From: Patescibacteria group bacterium
GTDB lineage: Bacteria; Patescibacteriota; Patescibacteriia; UBA10025; JAHIVO01
Assembly: GCA_043808365.1 (NCBI GenBank)
Contig: JAZDEZ010000008.1
Span: forward strand, 919 to 64,918
Length of the DNA: 64,000 nt
Direction: 5' to 3'
Shown here: one piece after another, positions 38,801 through 47,173 of the stretch
How the letters are laid out: every line of letters starts with the position of its first letter
Position numbering within the stretch: position 1 is the first letter of the stretch
Program-made: the position numbers and the translations under genes
Notes under the pieces: generated by a model
Told to the model about the DNA's origin: nothing
Seen by the model: the letters and a program-made list of their open reading frames with translations, nothing else
Database searches by the model: none

Positions 38801-41800
38801 TTTCCACACCGCCAGAACACTGGTCGGTGCCAGAAGAATTATCCGTACTGCTCCCGGTCCGCGCCTTAAATTTAAAGTCATATTTTCCGGCCGTGACCAG
38901 GTCAACAGTCTTACCGGCGGCGTCGCCCCAGGTAACTCGGTTATACCAATATTTATTGCCATCCCCTTCCGGCGGCGGCCCCCCTTTGCTGGCTGAATTG
39001 CAAATCTCAATGCCGTTTGCAGGCACTCCATTTATCTTATCAGCAGTCCAAACGCCGCCGTTGGCAGGATCAATACAAACATCTTCTGTATCATACTTTG
39101 GCAAACTGCAGTTATGGTCAATTGAGCCAGTCACAGGATTGGCATAATGCCACCACAGCGGTGAGCCGGTTGGGCTGTATTTGGTGACACAGAGCGCGTA
39201 TTCTGTATCAGCGGCTGGCGGAATTCCCTGGGGATTACTTGGGTCTTCAGGCCTAATGATAATATTAATTGAGGTTTCGCTGATCTGCCGGACCAGCTTA
39301 GGTGCGATTGGAGTGGCGGCGTATGTGTAGTGGCATTGCGGGGTAGGCGGCAACCAACTAGTCGCATCCCCATCCCCGTTCTTGGTCTGGCCTTGATAGC
39401 AATATTTCGTATTTGGCGTAAGGGGGGAATGGGTTATGGAATTGGTTGTCGACCGTGCGGAATTCCACCCGGTGCCATTCTCCCGGAACCACAGCCCGGC
39501 CAAGCCCGAAGTCGGATTACCCAATAAATTAGTAAACGCGTTACTGGTAATGGTCAGTTGCTGTGTCTGCACATTCTGAAAGCTGATCGAAGATACGTTT
39601 TCATTTGAGGTATAGGCGTAGGCAGTTGCCGGCTGGCCCCATCTCGCGGTCGCGTCGCCCGCGCGAACCGTGGCTGAATATTGAGTATTGACGCCTAAAC
39701 CAGTATGAAGGTAATTCCTTATCGTGTCAGCCAAATAGCACGTGGGGGGCAGAAACGGAGTGGGCGAATAACAAGTACTGCCATTGTTAGAAGTTTTTAC
39801 TTCATATCCGTTAGTCGCATTGACAGGTGCGCCCCCGACTGGCGCGTTCCACAACCAGCTAAGTTGCGCAACCGTCTGGTCAGCATGATTAGGAACCGGG
39901 AATGTTACCGCGCAGGGGGGTAAAGTCATACTGCTGCCTGCGATACTTGGCCGCCAGCTGCCGGGATTTTCCAAGCCATCAGGATTAAATGCGCGCAGGT
40001 GGTAGGAATATGTCGTATGATCGGGGTCGCAGGTCAATAATTTGTCCTCCACTAAATAATCATTAGTGTAACTCTGCGCCGGCACGGGCGAAACAGTCGT
40101 CCAGTCGCAACCAGTGGTGCCATTGCATTTGCGCTGCCACTCATAAGTTACATTGGTCGGGTTAAATAATGTGTTCAAATTAAACTGGCAATAATAAGAA
40201 TTGACACCGCTGTAATTGCACGATAACGACTCGAGAGACGGATTATTCGGTCTGGTATAGACCATAGCGCAGGCGCCTGACTTCATGTAGCAGGTCCAGC
40301 TGGTCGGAGTGATATCGACGAAATTCCTGGCCTGCACCCTGACGTAATAGCCAGTGCTAGGTAATAAAATACTACCGATGCCCGTATATCTGCAGTATTC
40401 AGTGGATGAGCCGATGTTATAGCAGGGCAGGCTGGCGCTGCCAGCCACTATCCAGCCGGACTGATGGGCAAAAGCGGTAAAACCACTGTTAGTGCTAACC
40501 TGGATTTGGTAATTTGTGCCAGCGGGATTAAGTCTTGTCGTGGTGTTATTATTCTGCCATTCCACATAAAAAGTCCGGTTAGTTATATTAGCGGCCGGTA
40601 TAGATACTGTCCCGGGCGGCGCGGCCAGCGTGTACGCCCGGCTGCCGCTGCAGGCGCCGCCGTAGCAGGTCCAATTTGTATATATGTTATTGCTGTTTTT
40701 CGCCCGGACGCGGATATAATAGCCGGTATTGATTGCTAAACTCTGGGCGCCGGTATATTCGCAGGTGCCGCTAGGGCCCTGGCTGCAGATCAGCGGGCCG
40801 CTCGTACCGGAGGCCAATTCGGCACTGATGATCGGACTTGAAAAATCACTATTAATAGAAACGGTAATGCCGTACGTAGTGGGATTAGGATTTGACTGCG
40901 GATTTTTATTGTCCCACTGGATATGAAAACCAGCGGTGCCAGCAGCTACATTCACGCTTTTATCGTTAACGCTGACAGTACCCGGCTGGCCGGCCATGGT
41001 GCAAACTAAGCCAGTCGCCGCTGACCAGCCGTCGTCTGGGCTGGGACAGGGCGGAATATTTTCAGGGCAACCCTCGCCATAAACTCCATTGCCGTTTTTT
41101 GTCCGGGCGCGCAATGTATAGCAGGTGTTCGGCGATAAATTGATGATAGTATTGCCGGTTAGCCCCCCCCAATTGGGAGTAGTGCCCGCGCTGTAACCGT
41201 ACCACGCTTCGCCTGCCTGAAAGCTTCCGGTGCTCAGGTTATAGTATTGGCTATTGGCCGTGTTCTGCAGGGCGTACGGAGTAGCGGGATGATTAACATG
41301 AGTAGGACTTTTAGCATAACCGGCGTTATCCATTGTTACATACAGTTTTGTGGCGTCAGTCAGATTTGGCGTTACAATCGGTGTTTTCGAGTTCCGGGCG
41401 CGCGTGCAAATTATAGAAGTCGCCGACGGCGCGACCACGTAATTATCGTTCGTATCACCTTCATCGTCGCCGTTCTGGCTGTAAAGGCCGGCGTCAAAGC
41501 AAAGATTCGGAGACAGAGTCACCGCCTGTGGAAGCAAACCTATAATCGGCCAGGCCGTCGCCAAGGCGCTATCCCATTCTGCCTTGGTCATGCAAGCTGG
41601 GGTATCGCTGCCAATGTCTGATACTTGCCTGACCGGCGCCAGAGCAGGTCCTCGAAACACGGCGCCTTCGGGGCCAACTGCTTTATCGGATGAATAAAAA
41701 TAACCCGGCAAACCCGCGACAGCAAACCACTCGCCCGAAGAAAACCTGGAATAAAAACCCAGGCAATATTCGGTAGTAGCGGATGGATTGCTGGCCGGGA

Positions 41801-44291
41801 CAGTGACTGTCCCTCCGGCATTATACTGAATATTGTAATAATGTAGGGAAGACAGCGCTGGCGGCGCGCTCGTGACTGGCGCGGCCAGGGTGTAGCGGTA
41901 GGCCGGCGTACTGGCGCGATAACTGGCGTCGGAAAAACTGCAACCGATATGCGTCTGACATTGGAGGTTGTCCAGCGTGCCGTCGGACATTTTCAGCTTC
42001 ACGACTTTATTGGCATTCACGGCTTCATCGGTGACGACATACAGGTAGCCGATTCCATCCGCACCCGGCTCCAGGGTAACTCCCACGCCGGTATGAAAAT
42101 CCGCTGCACTGCCCAGATATACGCCATTGGTGCCAAACGCGGTGCCGCATTGGGCGGCCGTGCATAATGCTCCAGTGTCAAGGCGGCGCTTTTCCACCCG
42201 CAGGTGGCCGGTTCCGTCGTCACCGACTAAGTAAAAGTACAAGCCGTCCACCGCCATAGCGTAGGGCGTTCCAGACCCTCCGTCGTACAAAGTATATGAA
42301 GACGCACCATTCGTTAAAAGCCTACCAACCGTCCACACGTTTGGATTCGCATGTGTCGCCGCCGTTTTACCAGCCCAATAAATATTACTACTACTGTCAA
42401 GCTTGAGATCAGCAAAATTACTCATATTAGGGTAGGTATTGGAAAATATTGATGTTCCGTTTGCTGTTCTGTCCTTTTTAATTAACATATTATTAGTATC
42501 GCTCCTGACATATCCGGAATATAAATAAGTATTGTCAACTTCAATGGCGTGATTGGTTATAAAAATTAAGCTGCCGAAGAATGAAGATAAATATCCGTCG
42601 CCGTCAAATGCGGTATCAAAAAGACCGTTATCCTGCCTGACCTTCCAGATTATCCTATAGGAACTGTTATTGAAATTGTCATAGCAATAACCCACGGTGT
42701 ATATATTCGTGGCATCCATCGCCAAATCCGTAATTACTCCACCTTTATTAGAACCGCTACAAACAGCCGGGTCGTGAGTCTTATAGCCGTCGCTGTCAAA
42801 AGTAATATCATATTCTCCAGTCGTGGCCGAGCGCTTCTCCAACCTGTAACCTCCGTCTCCTCCATAATAAACCCTGTCGCCGCTGACGCCGGCCGTATAG
42901 CCGGTCATTCCCCACGCGACATATCCGGGCGTGCCGGCACTCGAGCCAAAAGTGGTGTCATAAGCGCCATTTGCGGCCGAGCGCTTCTCCCTATACCACC
43001 CCGTGGGATAAATGTAATTCGCGCCGTAAATAATATCGCGCATACCCTCGTGCGTAGCATCGCTGATAGTATTCAGCCAGCCGTCGCCGTCAAAACTGAG
43101 CCACTGCACGGTGACAATGCGGTAATAATGCTTGGTATTGATGCCTTGATTTTGATGCATAATCTGGCAGGTGCCGCCAGTACCTCCTTTGGAAATTCCT
43201 GTACACTGTTTAAGAATGTTAATGTCCGTTGCGCACATCTCCCAGGTATCATTATCTCCTGTGAGCAAAAAGCATGTGTCAGTCCAACTACCAGTACCAG
43301 TAGTGGAAGTCTGTACCAGCCAGCCGTCCTCGGCAGTGGTCTGGTCGCTGAACTGTAAATATAGTGCCTGCTGGATACCTTCCGGGGGGTTCGGAGTAAC
43401 ATTAGGCGCGATGATGGTGAAATTAGTAGGCTCCGGCAAGTCGATCGTGGGATCAATAACTACAGGATATTTTGCCTGATCCAGCCAGGCTTGCCCCGCT
43501 TTACTGATGACCTTGCTGATTATGTAATCGTCGCCGTCCCGGGTTATCTCGTACCCCAAGCCGTAATTAACCTTGTTTTCGTCATCCTGCTCGTACATGT
43601 GCGGCCTGGGCATGCGCCAGGTTATCCGCTTGGTTTTCTGGTCGTGGAAGGTGATTGAGCCGTCTGCCTGCTCTTTGTAATATACCCCTTCCAGCTTCAT
43701 CTGTTGGCTGAATTTTGCTTGTCCGGTTTTTTTATTCAAAATAATTTTCTCGGCCAAAGCGTCATTAGTGACAGTGTAATCCACGTCCACTCCGTCGTAC
43801 ACGCCGGCGTAAGAAACCGTACTGCCTTTGGCGCTGCTTTTCTTTGACGCTGAATCAATGAAGGACAGGGCAATGCCGCGACCGCCGGCCACCTCGAATT
43901 TGACCGCCCCTTCTTGGCCGGCTTCTGATTTGAAATGCGTTTTATGCACGTTGGCGGTGTTTTCGTATTTAAAATCGCCCGTTGAATTGACCACGGTCGT
44001 GTCGATCGGCTGGTACTTGCCCGCCGCGTCCTGGTACTCCGCGTAGGTATCGTGGTAATCGCCGGTGATGGCGCCGTCCGGCCGGACCTGCTCGTTGGTC
44101 AGGCTGCGGCCGGAAGTGAGCACGTCGATATCCGCTACCGTTTCCGGGTCTACCGGTCTCGCGGGCTGGGCTTGCGGTGTCCCGAACGGCTTAAGGCCTG
44201 TATGAATAACCAGCGTCAGCCCAGCGACCAGCACCGCGGCGGCGGCGAGGATGAAGCAGACTGTTAAGATGTATTTAGTGGATTTGGGCAT
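32832..44291 (-). CDS. Giant surface protein (about 3819 aa): beta-propeller arrays, BNR/Asp-box propeller, Cys-knot modules, C-terminal DNRLRE-like modules
   Basis: Uninterrupted 11.5-kb ORF. The likely start is ATG 44291 (MPKSTKYILTVCFILAAAAVLVAGLTLV, a signal anchor). Contains many W(R/H)IEKR..G.L...FG.DG blades, an Asp-box SADNGATW, blades of the type PH(V/I)VW ... W.GS.W, CxnCxxxDCxnC knots, and three L(R/Q)F....(I/V)PAGAEI..A.L modules. Confidence 0.9.
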   Translation of the reverse strand: MPKSTKYILTVCFILAAAAVLVAGLTLVIHTGLKPFGTPQAQPARPVDPETVADIDVLTSGRSLTNEQVRPDGAITGDYHDTYAEYQDAAGKYQPIDTTVVNSTGDFKYENTANVHKTHFKSEAGQEGAVKFEVAGGRGIALSFIDSASKKSSAKGSTVSYAGVYDGVDVDYTVTNDALAEKIILNKKTGQAKFSQQMKLEGVYYKEQADGSITFHDQKTKRITWRMPRPHMYEQDDENKVNYGLGYEITRDGDDYIISKVISKAGQAWLDQAKYPVVIDPTIDLPEPTNFTIIAPNVTPNPPEGIQQALYLQFSDQTTAEDGWLVQTSTTGTGSWTDTCFLLTGDNDTWEMCATDINILKQCTGISKGGTGGTCQIMHQNQGINTKHYYRIVTVQWLSFDGDGWLNTISDATHEGMRDIIYGANYIYPTGWYREKRSAANGAYDTTFGSSAGTPGYVAWGMTGYTAGVSGDRVYYGGDGGYRLEKRSATTGEYDITFDSDGYKTHDPAVCSGSNKGGVITDLAMDATNIYTVGYCYDNFNNSSYRIIWKVRQDNGLFDTAFDGDGYLSSFFGSLIFITNHAIEVDNTYLYSGYVRSDTNNMLIKKDRTANGTSIFSNTYPNMSNFADLKLDSSSNIYWAGKTAATHANPNVWTVGRLLTNGASSYTLYDGGSGTPYAMAVDGLYFYLVGDDGTGHLRVEKRRLDTGALCTAAQCGTAFGTNGVYLGSAADFHTGVGVTLEPGADGIGYLYVVTDEAVNANKVVKLKMSDGTLDNLQCQTHIGCSFSDASYRASTPAYRYTLAAPVTSAPPALSSLHYYNIQYNAGGTVTVPASNPSATTEYCLGFYSRFSSGEWFAVAGLPGYFYSSDKAVGPEGAVFRGPALAPVRQVSDIGSDTPACMTKAEWDSALATAWPIIGLLPQAVTLSPNLCFDAGLYSQNGDDEGDTNDNYVVAPSATSIICTRARNSKTPIVTPNLTDATKLYVTMDNAGYAKSPTHVNHPATPYALQNTANSQYYNLSTGSFQAGEAWYGYSAGTTPNWGGLTGNTIINLSPNTCYTLRARTKNGNGVYGEGCPENIPPCPSPDDGWSAATGLVCTMAGQPGTVSVNDKSVNVAAGTAGFHIQWDNKNPQSNPNPTTYGITVSINSDFSSPIISAELASGTSGPLICSQGPSGTCEYTGAQSLAINTGYYIRVRAKNSNNIYTNWTCYGGACSGSRAYTLAAPPGTVSIPAANITNRTFYVEWQNNNTTTRLNPAGTNYQIQVSTNSGFTAFAHQSGWIVAGSASLPCYNIGSSTEYCRYTGIGSILLPSTGYYVRVQARNFVDITPTSWTCYMKSGACAMVYTRPNNPSLESLSCNYSGVNSYYCQFNLNTLFNPTNVTYEWQRKCNGTTGCDWTTVSPVPAQSYTNDYLVEDKLLTCDPDHTTYSYHLRAFNPDGLENPGSWRPSIAGSSMTLPPCAVTFPVPNHADQTVAQLSWLWNAPVGGAPVNATNGYEVKTSNNGSTCYSPTPFLPPTCYLADTIRNYLHTGLGVNTQYSATVRAGDATARWGQPATAYAYTSNENVSSISFQNVQTQQLTITSNAFTNLLGNPTSGLAGLWFRENGTGWNSARSTTNSITHSPLTPNTKYCYQGQTKNGDGDATSWLPPTPQCHYTYAATPIAPKLVRQISETSINIIIRPEDPSNPQGIPPAADTEYALCVTKYSPTGSPLWWHYANPVTGSIDHNCSLPKYDTEDVCIDPANGGVWTADKINGVPANGIEICNSASKGGPPPEGDGNKYWYNRVTWGDAAGKTVDLVTAGKYDFKFKARTGSSTDNSSGTDQCSGGVEKADGRCRETAFGSPATLFLVKNNLVGWAWSSQVGWISLNCLNRYNQSDYSCNYAGDWGVNTWFEPSRDINPMEGYAWSASSHALVDVCKNNPSQYCAENSECTTGVGDECLKNQLKKTGLGWISFNAKTCTNNMQKGCATDADCGTGNYCDVISTNIPPNSDPLYGFCYTGSDTSDVKYGRCSDKSTSFCVNGDLSRCNEPTSATCIFETCKNPPGDTCPDQDVDLGVEECRAYTTANFSGTTRGIEGWARLLSQKDSGAALGFTDWGWLKLNGTYDDGQGNTGPYGLTGTEVDSQQFFGDPDVNPNDLKLYSVFGWGWGAAASDYSGNSLWLNPVNISISGAAGHEDWGRGAEKDMVIDSIGDPHVVWSNYERADNNYEIYYLKLKAGKWLTASGVEYRPGAIDPIATGLNVSRTTDRDSRFPSLVLDANDNPYVVWQEGGAGWEGGNGLYFSRWENSGWTSAVPVEGGVAQIPVLKRDPSGGLHVAYRFGNYYGSEIYYKKSADNGATWQTVTGDGNNLNVSNTPAGSAYSVDVAVSDEGIPHITWMESPGHIFYRWWDGIAWVSASGKAGTNVCSNNFTTSCANDGDCEQSCTDDSSKSCILDSQCTPFICGQNRCISKDTSVNWGVLTCDGTPNGTACRSTSDCAGCEGIGIGNAPDDFLGQVPKVAFFGDGRPGIAWRDPTTLMFRQWNGSAWISVNNSEDVDDPDLVIAPREVHLTHDLFIDEDDRPHLVWDYSPLGGNTATDIYYSAWNGANWVTANKSTPVNTGDETRAPSTDDFNVSQTSAVKSWSPVFGFDRWGNPHVVWGEINFNNTGCSFGNGGVVDKPTRAVATETVLDESGQYLYIVGKDETEIESIWYPNWRIEKRRADSGELCTDSACGTGFGYRYDSSATTYTEDGVVRYTYNNVSDTATDIALDPSGDYLYVGGFTIGNNGSNIYIQKRLTATGAYDANFGGGGNILIENTGGESGTNNKNVSLAVDLSYLYVFGSNNDNSWHIEKRYSDDGSLVTSFGAGGVVNSNGGYTAQWITIDAEFMYLVGGNAGGRWRIEKRRLSNGSLVSGFDTDGIIDGSGSYESERAFQAILHGNYLYVVGNTKDLSNNEDFLVAKYDRVTGQPVDTFDGDVNGNGFIQIVDFPDSRSKKAFTIAADDNFIYFAGWVGYSLGNSRWRYERLNHNGVRQPDDMTSGGWQNGIIFEDGNNGHGAVDGRIDGIVVDNTYMYAVGSHNFGPTTWRIEKRYKDSGVLVTPQHSNCVDSKYPSCMFNYWKGELGANVYYCAASDVEYSKWMPGVAQSGLGWVEFMPAGALLGIPWVQTMFADIHASQGIALAPPPRGTGDYTSTYIIESGDAISGIPGYYGGTTTGLPTSQLPTQPGFSPLIQNQPSIQTLGAELLAKLDVDGLVNKTNGDKNRHGTVVVESTDTELSASLGNPILNNKVYYFHGTPGQTFTIGSDMYFMKGSASAIPATKGNGVIVVDGNLEINANVYYDKRCSNNNNQVCHQNGDCGTGNTCDDPLISNLIELPSAAIIVRGNIYINSLAGQVSAVVAAIDNPATATLTEGIISTGRKAPSSLSVSAGNDDTEVVSGSYVNAPVAASAKFGKDAGNVVSRDYLRFALASIPAGAEIKSAYLKLQSDGSSNGDFNARVYLLDYDNATDASIDFITTPNSTLYNANTSNSVNFPIEGNWTAGTWYQTPDLKAIVQRFVNRDNYTQVNYIGLSIREGDAEVGDLRGFRTFESGSAPQLVIEYAPRRSTSNAANGSIVTDTTMETALNDMTFGWNGTKPQRAYLQFPVNVPANAEILKAQVHTTMCNAGTAAFQIRQGVLQNYPSVIDSNPYAFPISLDVSELAQDVAVNALGSGQVALNDISGIITAFISRSDYLPGVASHSEFDLRLRRGSDSVEGVVGPGENRCIQKTATSLSIDYQIPLSVSGLFVAGTGYNFDRKYTKNLAPSERILYDGRVVANTPPGLSDFITALPIYHRVTP

Positions 44292-44369
44292 AGGAAATTT
44301 AAAGGGAGGACAAGGGTAACATGGGATGCAAGGGGGAGCAGGGGACTTCAAGGGTAGATACTGGTGCTA
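44292..44369. repeat. Array of about 9-nt NNNCAAGGG units (left arm of four-helix-bundle cassette 1)
   Basis: TTTAAAGGG AGGACAAGGG TAACATGGG ATGCAAGGG GGAGCAGGG GACTTCAAGGG. It contains the IR half GGGGAGCAGGGGACTTCAAGGG (44333-44354). Confidence 0.75.
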
Positions 44370-44789
44370 TTAAGGCTTTTTAATTTTGCTGGCTCCGCTA
44401 TTAAAATTATTCATACGTTTTTTAGTTTCTAATGATTTTACTAACTTTGAGAATAAATAATCAGTTTTACCGCATAGGGCGTCTAATTTTCTAAATTCCA
44501 CCTCGGTAATCAATTGGTCTTCGAAGCAATCTTCTATATCACCCTGCAATTCGGAAAGTGACGGCTGGCAAATATTTTTCAGGGCGTTGATGTACTGGCC
44601 AAGGGTCTGGCGGTACCCTTCCTGAATATTCTGCTTTACCGAGCGGGCGGCGCTGTTCATCTGGCTGACACGCCTGATTTCAGATTTTGGAAAACGCCTC
44701 GACATTTCATAGACCGCGCTTCTTAACTGGCTGGCGTTCCGCCAAACAATTAGATCTTTATACCCCTGCTTGTATTTTTTATCCAACAT
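44370..44789 (-). CDS. Four-helix-bundle protein (23S rRNA intervening-sequence protein / Avd family)
   Basis: 139 aa. YKDLIVWRNASQLRSAVYEMSRRFPKSEIRRVSQMNSAARSVKQNIQEGY matches the F.DL.VWQ.A..L...IY.....FPK.E.. L..Q..RAA.S...NIAEG pattern of TIGR02436/PF05635. Confidence 0.8.
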   Translation of the reverse strand: MLDKKYKQGYKDLIVWRNASQLRSAVYEMSRRFPKSEIRRVSQMNSAARSVKQNIQEGYRQTLGQYINALKNICQPSLSELQGDIEDCFEDQLITEVEFRKLDALCGKTDYLFSKLVKSLETKKRMNNFNSGASKIKKP

Positions 44790-44805
44790 ATTTCAATCGT
44801 GTAAT

Positions 44806-44925
44806 TATCCCCCTTGAAACCCCTGATTTCCCTTGGACCCCCCTAATCTCCCTTGAAATTACCCTGAATCTCCCCTTGCCTTCCCTTGAAACCCCCTGCT
44901 CCCCTGTGGAACCCCTGAATCTTTA
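44806..44925. repeat. Array of about 10-nt CCCTTGA/CCCCTGA units (right arm of cassette 1, inverted relative to the left arm)
   Basis: AACCCCTGA TTTCCCTTGG ACCCCCCTAA TCTCCCTTGA AATTACCCTGA ATCTCCCCTTG CCTTCCCTTGA AACCCCCTGC... IR half CCCTTGAAACCCCCTGCTCCCC (44883-44904) matches 20/22 with the reverse complement of 44333-44354. Confidence 0.75.
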
Positions 44926-44930
44926 CGTGC

Positions 44931-47162
44931 TTACAACTCATTGCAAATTATTTCGGTAATCTGGGAATTGGCGTCGAGGGTAAGGCCCGTCATAAATTTG
45001 CCGCCGATGGTGGCGCAGTTGGCCACGCCGCTGGAAACCGGAACCACCTCGTCACTGCCGCCCCACTGGTTATTTTCCGCCTGAACGTCACTGCCAACGG
45101 TAAGATTATTTCCCACCATGCCCGCGCCTGACACGTTGACATGGCCGGGCTGGGGGGTAATGTTGCACGACCCATATATTTCACAATCACTGTTATTCTT
45201 ACAGACGCGGGTTGGCCGTCCGGAACAGAATCCCAGCCGGTCAAGATTCACAACCGTATTTAGATCCGTATGCCCCTGGCCCGAACCGGAATAAAATTTC
45301 TGCAGATTAAGTGGCCTGGTTTCGTCGCATCCAGTACTGTTGCAAGTGTTTAACGTCCATAAATATGTCCCGTCAAAAAGCAGTCTAGCGCCAGACCAGT
45401 CTGACCATAAACGAGTAGGATACCCCTTAATTTCACCATTAGCGGCAGTGATCCGATATACCGAATTACCGATACCAGGTTCTCCCAGCCCAGCCAGCCA
45501 GACATAAGTGCCATCAAAGGCCAGGTCTGACGCCTCAAGCTTTGAACTAAGCGCTAATGGCATAAATTGGCTGTCAGACACGCGGAATTTGGCCACTTTC
45601 CCTTCTGTCCCTATATAGCTGGAAATAACCCAGATATGGGCGCCGTCAAAGATCAGCCGCCCGGGCGCGGATAGTCCAGTCGCGTAGCGCCCTACAACGG
45701 CGCCGGTATCCGGATCGATTTTTATTAAATTTTCCGGATTTTGCTGGCAACCTGGGCCACTGACGCAAATTTGGATAGTCGCGGGTCGTGTCGCGCCCTG
45801 CGTGACATTGGGCAATAAAGTCCAGATATAGCCATCGGCAAAAATAATTCCCTCCGGCCTGACGCGCCAGCCGGCGCTGTTCAAACGGTTCAGGTCAACG
45901 CCAGCGCCGTTTGTTCCCACGGGATAAATGCCGACCCGATTGCAGTCAGAATCGATTTTTGTTATGTCGCCGCCATCAGGACTGACCGTCCAAATAAACA
46001 CCTTGCCATCATCATCCACGCTGGTGGCAATTTCACGGGGAATAACCCCAAAATTGACCGTACCGCAGTGCTCCGTCACTGATCCATCTTGGGGATCAAA
46101 CTTTGTCAATGTAGCGTCATAATTCGACAGCCACAAATACCGGCCGTCAAACGTGATATTAGTACCTTCTGTGTTGGGCAAATTATACGTACCTATTACC
46201 TCGCCGTCAGACGCCCGAATTTTCCACAACTCATTGCCATCGTCATCGCTAAATTTATTCATAACCCAAATATTTGAACCGTCGAATGCCATATCTGGAA
46301 ACAAAAAACTATTTGATCCGGCTGCCGCTGACGCCGGATATTCCCCTATTTTCTGCCCGGCCGCAAACGGCACTAATGATCTTTGCAATTGCGTCGGCAG
46401 AAATATGCCGGCCGCCACGTCCGCCCCGGCGCCGAAAAACCCTTTGAAATACCCGGCCAGGCCGCTGCCCGTATTCTGACCATAGACGGCCGCGTCGGTA
46501 AGCGCTCCTGTTTCGACATAGATGCCTTTACCGCCCGTGCTGACTCCCTTTAGGCCGTTCCCGTTTACACTCTGGCCGCTGACCGCCTGACTGCTGTTGC
46601 CGGTATAGAGGCCATAGACACCCGTTCCGCCCATTGAAGCCGCGGTCAGGCCGGCGCCTTTTGAGCTGTATCCGCTGACCGCCCGGCCATTGATCGGGGC
46701 CGCGCCACTGCCGATCCGCGCCATTCCACCCTCTACTATCAGCGCCGTGTCCGGCGTCTGGAATTTCGTACCGATGCCCACCCAGCCTTCGGTGGAATTC
46801 GCGTAGAGGACGTCGTCATCGACGGCCAGCACGTCGTTATAAACATATGGCGTGGAAAAAATGGCGCCATCACCTCGGACATCCAATGGCTTCAGGGGAG
46901 GATCCGCGGAGAACGAACTGGACTGCGTCAGGTCATACGTCGGTAAAATTTCAAGCGACCCGGCCTTAGCCTGGTTCTCGGGACCCGTCGTCAGCGGAGC
47001 GTCAAAAGTCTCCGTCGGCGGCGCTGATGACGGCTCCAACCACTCGGCTTGGGCCACGCGCGCCCCGCCCTGGGCAATTCCAACACACGCCAGAATCCCC
47101 AGGATGAAAAATGTCCCGAGGTTTTTCCTGAATATATTTTTTTTGATATTTAATCTCTTCAT
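44931..47162 (-). CDS. Secreted beta-propeller repeat protein, paralog 1 (743 aa)
   Basis: Signal peptide MKRLNIKKNIFRKNLGTFFILGILACVGIAQG, then AEWLEPSSAPP... The body carries FDG(T/S/R/A)(Y/N/H)(L/I/V)W blades. The C-terminus is C..G.F..G...(n)..ITEIICNEL. Confidence 0.85.
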   Translation of the reverse strand: MKRLNIKKNIFRKNLGTFFILGILACVGIAQGGARVAQAEWLEPSSAPPTETFDAPLTTGPENQAKAGSLEILPTYDLTQSSSFSADPPLKPLDVRGDGAIFSTPYVYNDVLAVDDDVLYANSTEGWVGIGTKFQTPDTALIVEGGMARIGSGAAPINGRAVSGYSSKGAGLTAASMGGTGVYGLYTGNSSQAVSGQSVNGNGLKGVSTGGKGIYVETGALTDAAVYGQNTGSGLAGYFKGFFGAGADVAAGIFLPTQLQRSLVPFAAGQKIGEYPASAAAGSNSFLFPDMAFDGSNIWVMNKFSDDDGNELWKIRASDGEVIGTYNLPNTEGTNITFDGRYLWLSNYDATLTKFDPQDGSVTEHCGTVNFGVIPREIATSVDDDGKVFIWTVSPDGGDITKIDSDCNRVGIYPVGTNGAGVDLNRLNSAGWRVRPEGIIFADGYIWTLLPNVTQGATRPATIQICVSGPGCQQNPENLIKIDPDTGAVVGRYATGLSAPGRLIFDGAHIWVISSYIGTEGKVAKFRVSDSQFMPLALSSKLEASDLAFDGTYVWLAGLGEPGIGNSVYRITAANGEIKGYPTRLWSDWSGARLLFDGTYLWTLNTCNSTGCDETRPLNLQKFYSGSGQGHTDLNTVVNLDRLGFCSGRPTRVCKNNSDCEIYGSCNITPQPGHVNVSGAGMVGNNLTVGSDVQAENNQWGGSDEVVPVSSGVANCATIGGKFMTGLTLDANSQITEIICNEL

Positions 47163-47173
47163 TTACTTTCCGC

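Noticed and set aside
44370-44789. Diversity-generating retroelement (an Avd-family gene next to large surface-protein genes)
   Set aside because: No reverse transcriptase ORF exists anywhere in the 64 kb. I found no template/variable repeat pair with A-specific mismatches. The flanking repeats are inverted low-complexity arrays, not a TR/VR pair. An RT elsewhere in the genome cannot be excluded.
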